Both the position numbers and the translations under genes were made by a program. A DNA stretch of 63,437 bases, counting the filler, from Folioceros fuciformis (taxonomy: Eukaryota), in the NCBI GenBank assembly GCA_049999805.1. It is 4 parts of 4 records of this genome, joined end to end, with 100 filler letters (N's around TTAATTAATTAA, not from the genome) between each part and the next. Parts side by side here need not be neighbours in the genome. Positions count along the whole stretch, not along the records: positions 46,207 to 63,437 come from JBNGIO010006283.1; 3 more parts are not named here. The stretch is one strand, 5' to 3'. The notes under the pieces are model-generated. The model saw only the letters and a program-made list of their open reading frames with translations. It had not been told where the DNA came from and made no database searches. Of the stretch, positions 60,990 to 63,437 are shown piece by piece (positions within the stretch are counted from its first letter, which is position 1; every line of letters starts with the position of its first letter).

Positions 60990-63437
60990 GGTACTATACC
61001 AGACTCGTTGCTTCATGAACATTTATCCTGCCCTGATCAGGGCGGTTTAGGATGCATTGGACTGAGTGGTCCCAATACCTTGTATGTGGTACTTCTTTTT
61101 GTACATGTGACAATGGACAGGCCAGGCACTGGCCGGCAATTTGAAGTTGTTTTAGGATGCGACTGTCCTCCTGTGTGCTGCACATGATCATCTGTTTGTA
61201 CCTGCACATTGAGCTTGAATCATCCCCGAATGCCCTTTCTGAAAGATTTAAACGGTTGGAATGAATACGCCTGACGTTATCTGCAGGCAGCTGCCTCATC
61301 CACATGTGGGTGAAATGCGGATGACCCTGACCCTGTCTGGGCATATGTCTAAACTCGATTCCCCCAATTATGTCTCCATTTGGCCCTAGAAGTGGTTTGG
61401 GAAGCTCGACCTTCACACGTGGAACATGACAAACACGAGCAGCCTTTCACGTTTGTGAACATGTTCGGCCATGCCATACAGACATTAGTTGCTTGCTCCT
61501 GAAGGACTTGCTGTCACAACAGTCGAATTCCAGCCAAGGATGCACCCAGTAGAAGACTTTTTACCTTGAAATTCGTGTAGGGCCAGGATGGAAGCCACCT
61601 TGAAACCCCTTGAAATACTATTATGGCCGTGCTAAGCGGCCAGTTCCAATCTGGTGTGGTGTGGCAATGTCGCTTCTGCTCAGTCGGGAAGCTTAGCTGC
61701 AGCGGAGACAGCTGGTGAGCCGGATCCAAGAGTTTGGGGCGTACGAAGGATGTGGGAACAGCTGGTGAGGCGGATCCAAGAATCTGCGACGTACCAAGGA
61801 TGTCAGCAATACGGCTGCTGACGGCCACAGGCAAATGCCACACTCTCATGAGGAAGATTTAGCGTGTGGCATTTGCCGATTGCTGTCTGCAGGCGCTGAT
61901 TGCTTTCTCGGGATCGCAGGCCCTGTAAAGAACGGAAGCCGGCTTGTGGACGGGTACGCGAGCGGTGGTTTCGTGAGACGGTCATAGACGTCTGCATCTC
62001 TCCGAGAACCGAGGGTAATGGGCAACCTATTGATCCGGCTGAACATCGCCGCTGGTTGGTGGCCAGTGCCTTCATCTTTCTCGGTCAACCTAGTCACTAG
62101 CCTTCTTGTCGCTGCTCACTCTGAAATACTCAGGTTTCAGCTACTATCTGCATCCTCGAAGTTGATCTAACCATCTAGACATCACTGCATGCGACCGCTT
62201 GTGAACCTGGCATGGTACTCTGGTTGCTTCAACAGTTGAACGCTAGCCTTCACCCAGACTTACTTAGTATCAGGACTTCCAGGATTTTCACTTTTTGGCC
62301 ATGTGGTATTAGCTCCAGAATTCTGAGCATCCCGCTGGCTGTTGACTGCTGAGAGGAGCTAGAATGATTGAGGAGCGATGGTACACATGGTTGACGTGCA
62401 GATATGAATGTTTTGTCTGACTTGATTATCGGCTCACCTTTTGCGTTCAGGATCAAGGTGCACTGGCATGTCACCACGTACGCGGATGCCAGGCTCAGGT
62501 GTTGTATCCATTTTCCTCCACGTACGGTTCTCTTGCTGCCTCAAACCTCAGCTGTTTTCAGTGCCTGAGCTGGTATACCCGAGTCGAGTTGTCCATAGAC
62601 GTGAATTTGTGGTGGATCTCAAGCCATGTATTCATAGGAAATATCAATGTCTTCTTGCAGATCACCTCGGCGAAGAGGTGACTACTGCAAAACAACAGAG
62701 TCATCGACACCTTACGCAGTCTTGCAGAAGTATCTCCAACGGCACGCAAATTCAGCCACCTATGGTTATTGCCAACCAAAAACATGCAATCCGTAGACTG
62801 CCACACCTTTATGGGGCAAACCGAGCTCTCACCGAAGCTGACACGGAGTTTCAAGGTCTCTTTAATCAAACTAGTAGAGTGTGTTGATTTGCTGTTGGGC
62901 GTCGGGTGATCACACATAAAGCATATCATTCGTTGCAAACTTTCGTTGCATCCATTTTAGACTGCAAGTCAAACAATCGCTTCTCTTGTCTATCTTTCAT
63001 AGATTCACCCCTGCAATTGACGCTGGTCCAGTTGAAGGCACCTCATTTTGTCTGGAATTGTTCTAACAGGCGGGTGGAAGAGGTTTGGCTTTCTAACAAC
63101 AGCGTTGAAACAGGCGGGTGGAAGGGTTTGGCGTTGACTCCGAGCTTGGAAGTGGACAACCCTGGAGAAGGAGCTGCTGTGGACACAGCGCAATCAGAGA
63201 TCCTGGTCTGGTCGCTGAAGATTGAGCCTTACATTGTGACCGTGGGCGATGCTGTCGGTATCAAAGGATGCCTTAAAGTAACTTGTCAAGCTTTCTACCC
63301 TGGCTTAGGATTAGTGAGTATGCTTAGATCAGATCCGTGCCAAACTTCCATCCCTGCAGCTCTTGAGGGGGAATCCATTTTTCTTTGGGAACTTGCAAGA
63401 AAGCCTAGCCCCCAGGCCCAGACCTCGGCAAAGCCCT
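60990..63437 (-). CDS. Possible exons of an unidentified multi-exon gene extending beyond the window
   Basis: Several minus-strand open segments bounded by AG/GT (e.g. IKETLKLRVSFGES.., VICKKTLIFPMNTWLEIHHKF, IEFRHMPRQGQGHPHFTHMWMRQ). No family was recognised. Confidence 0.3.

Overview
Eukaryotic nuclear DNA from a non-seed land plant, from a draft assembly with N-gaps. The genes are compact with short GT-AG introns, and a GRP-type DYW:KP PPR points to a hornwort (inference). Gene-dense blocks contain an EPF/EPFL-like peptide, a VPS9 Rab5-GEF, a plastid HMA-fold protein, an uncharacterised ATP-grasp-like enzyme, an ASCC1-like KH+2H protein, PDRG1, a coiled-coil protein, an intronless MEX1, a P-class PPR, mitoribosomal mL59, a CXE carboxylesterase, phosphatidylserine synthase and ArgC. 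These alternate with decayed Ty1/copia elements (~20.3-34.6 kb and 46.4-52.4 kb) and minisatellite patches. The most notable items are: a pseudogenised HAE/GRP-type DYW:KP PPR (candidate U-to-C editing class); a spliced ATP-grasp-like gene of unknown function that may be an HGT candidate; a divergent PLATZ-like zinc-finger relic inside a minisatellite patchwork; two LTR elements with mismatched flanks or chimeric LTRs; a copia leader made of ~1.3 kb of tandem repeats; and two related dispersed hairpins near 60.5 and 61.8 kb. All family calls come from motif recognition by eye; no searches were run.
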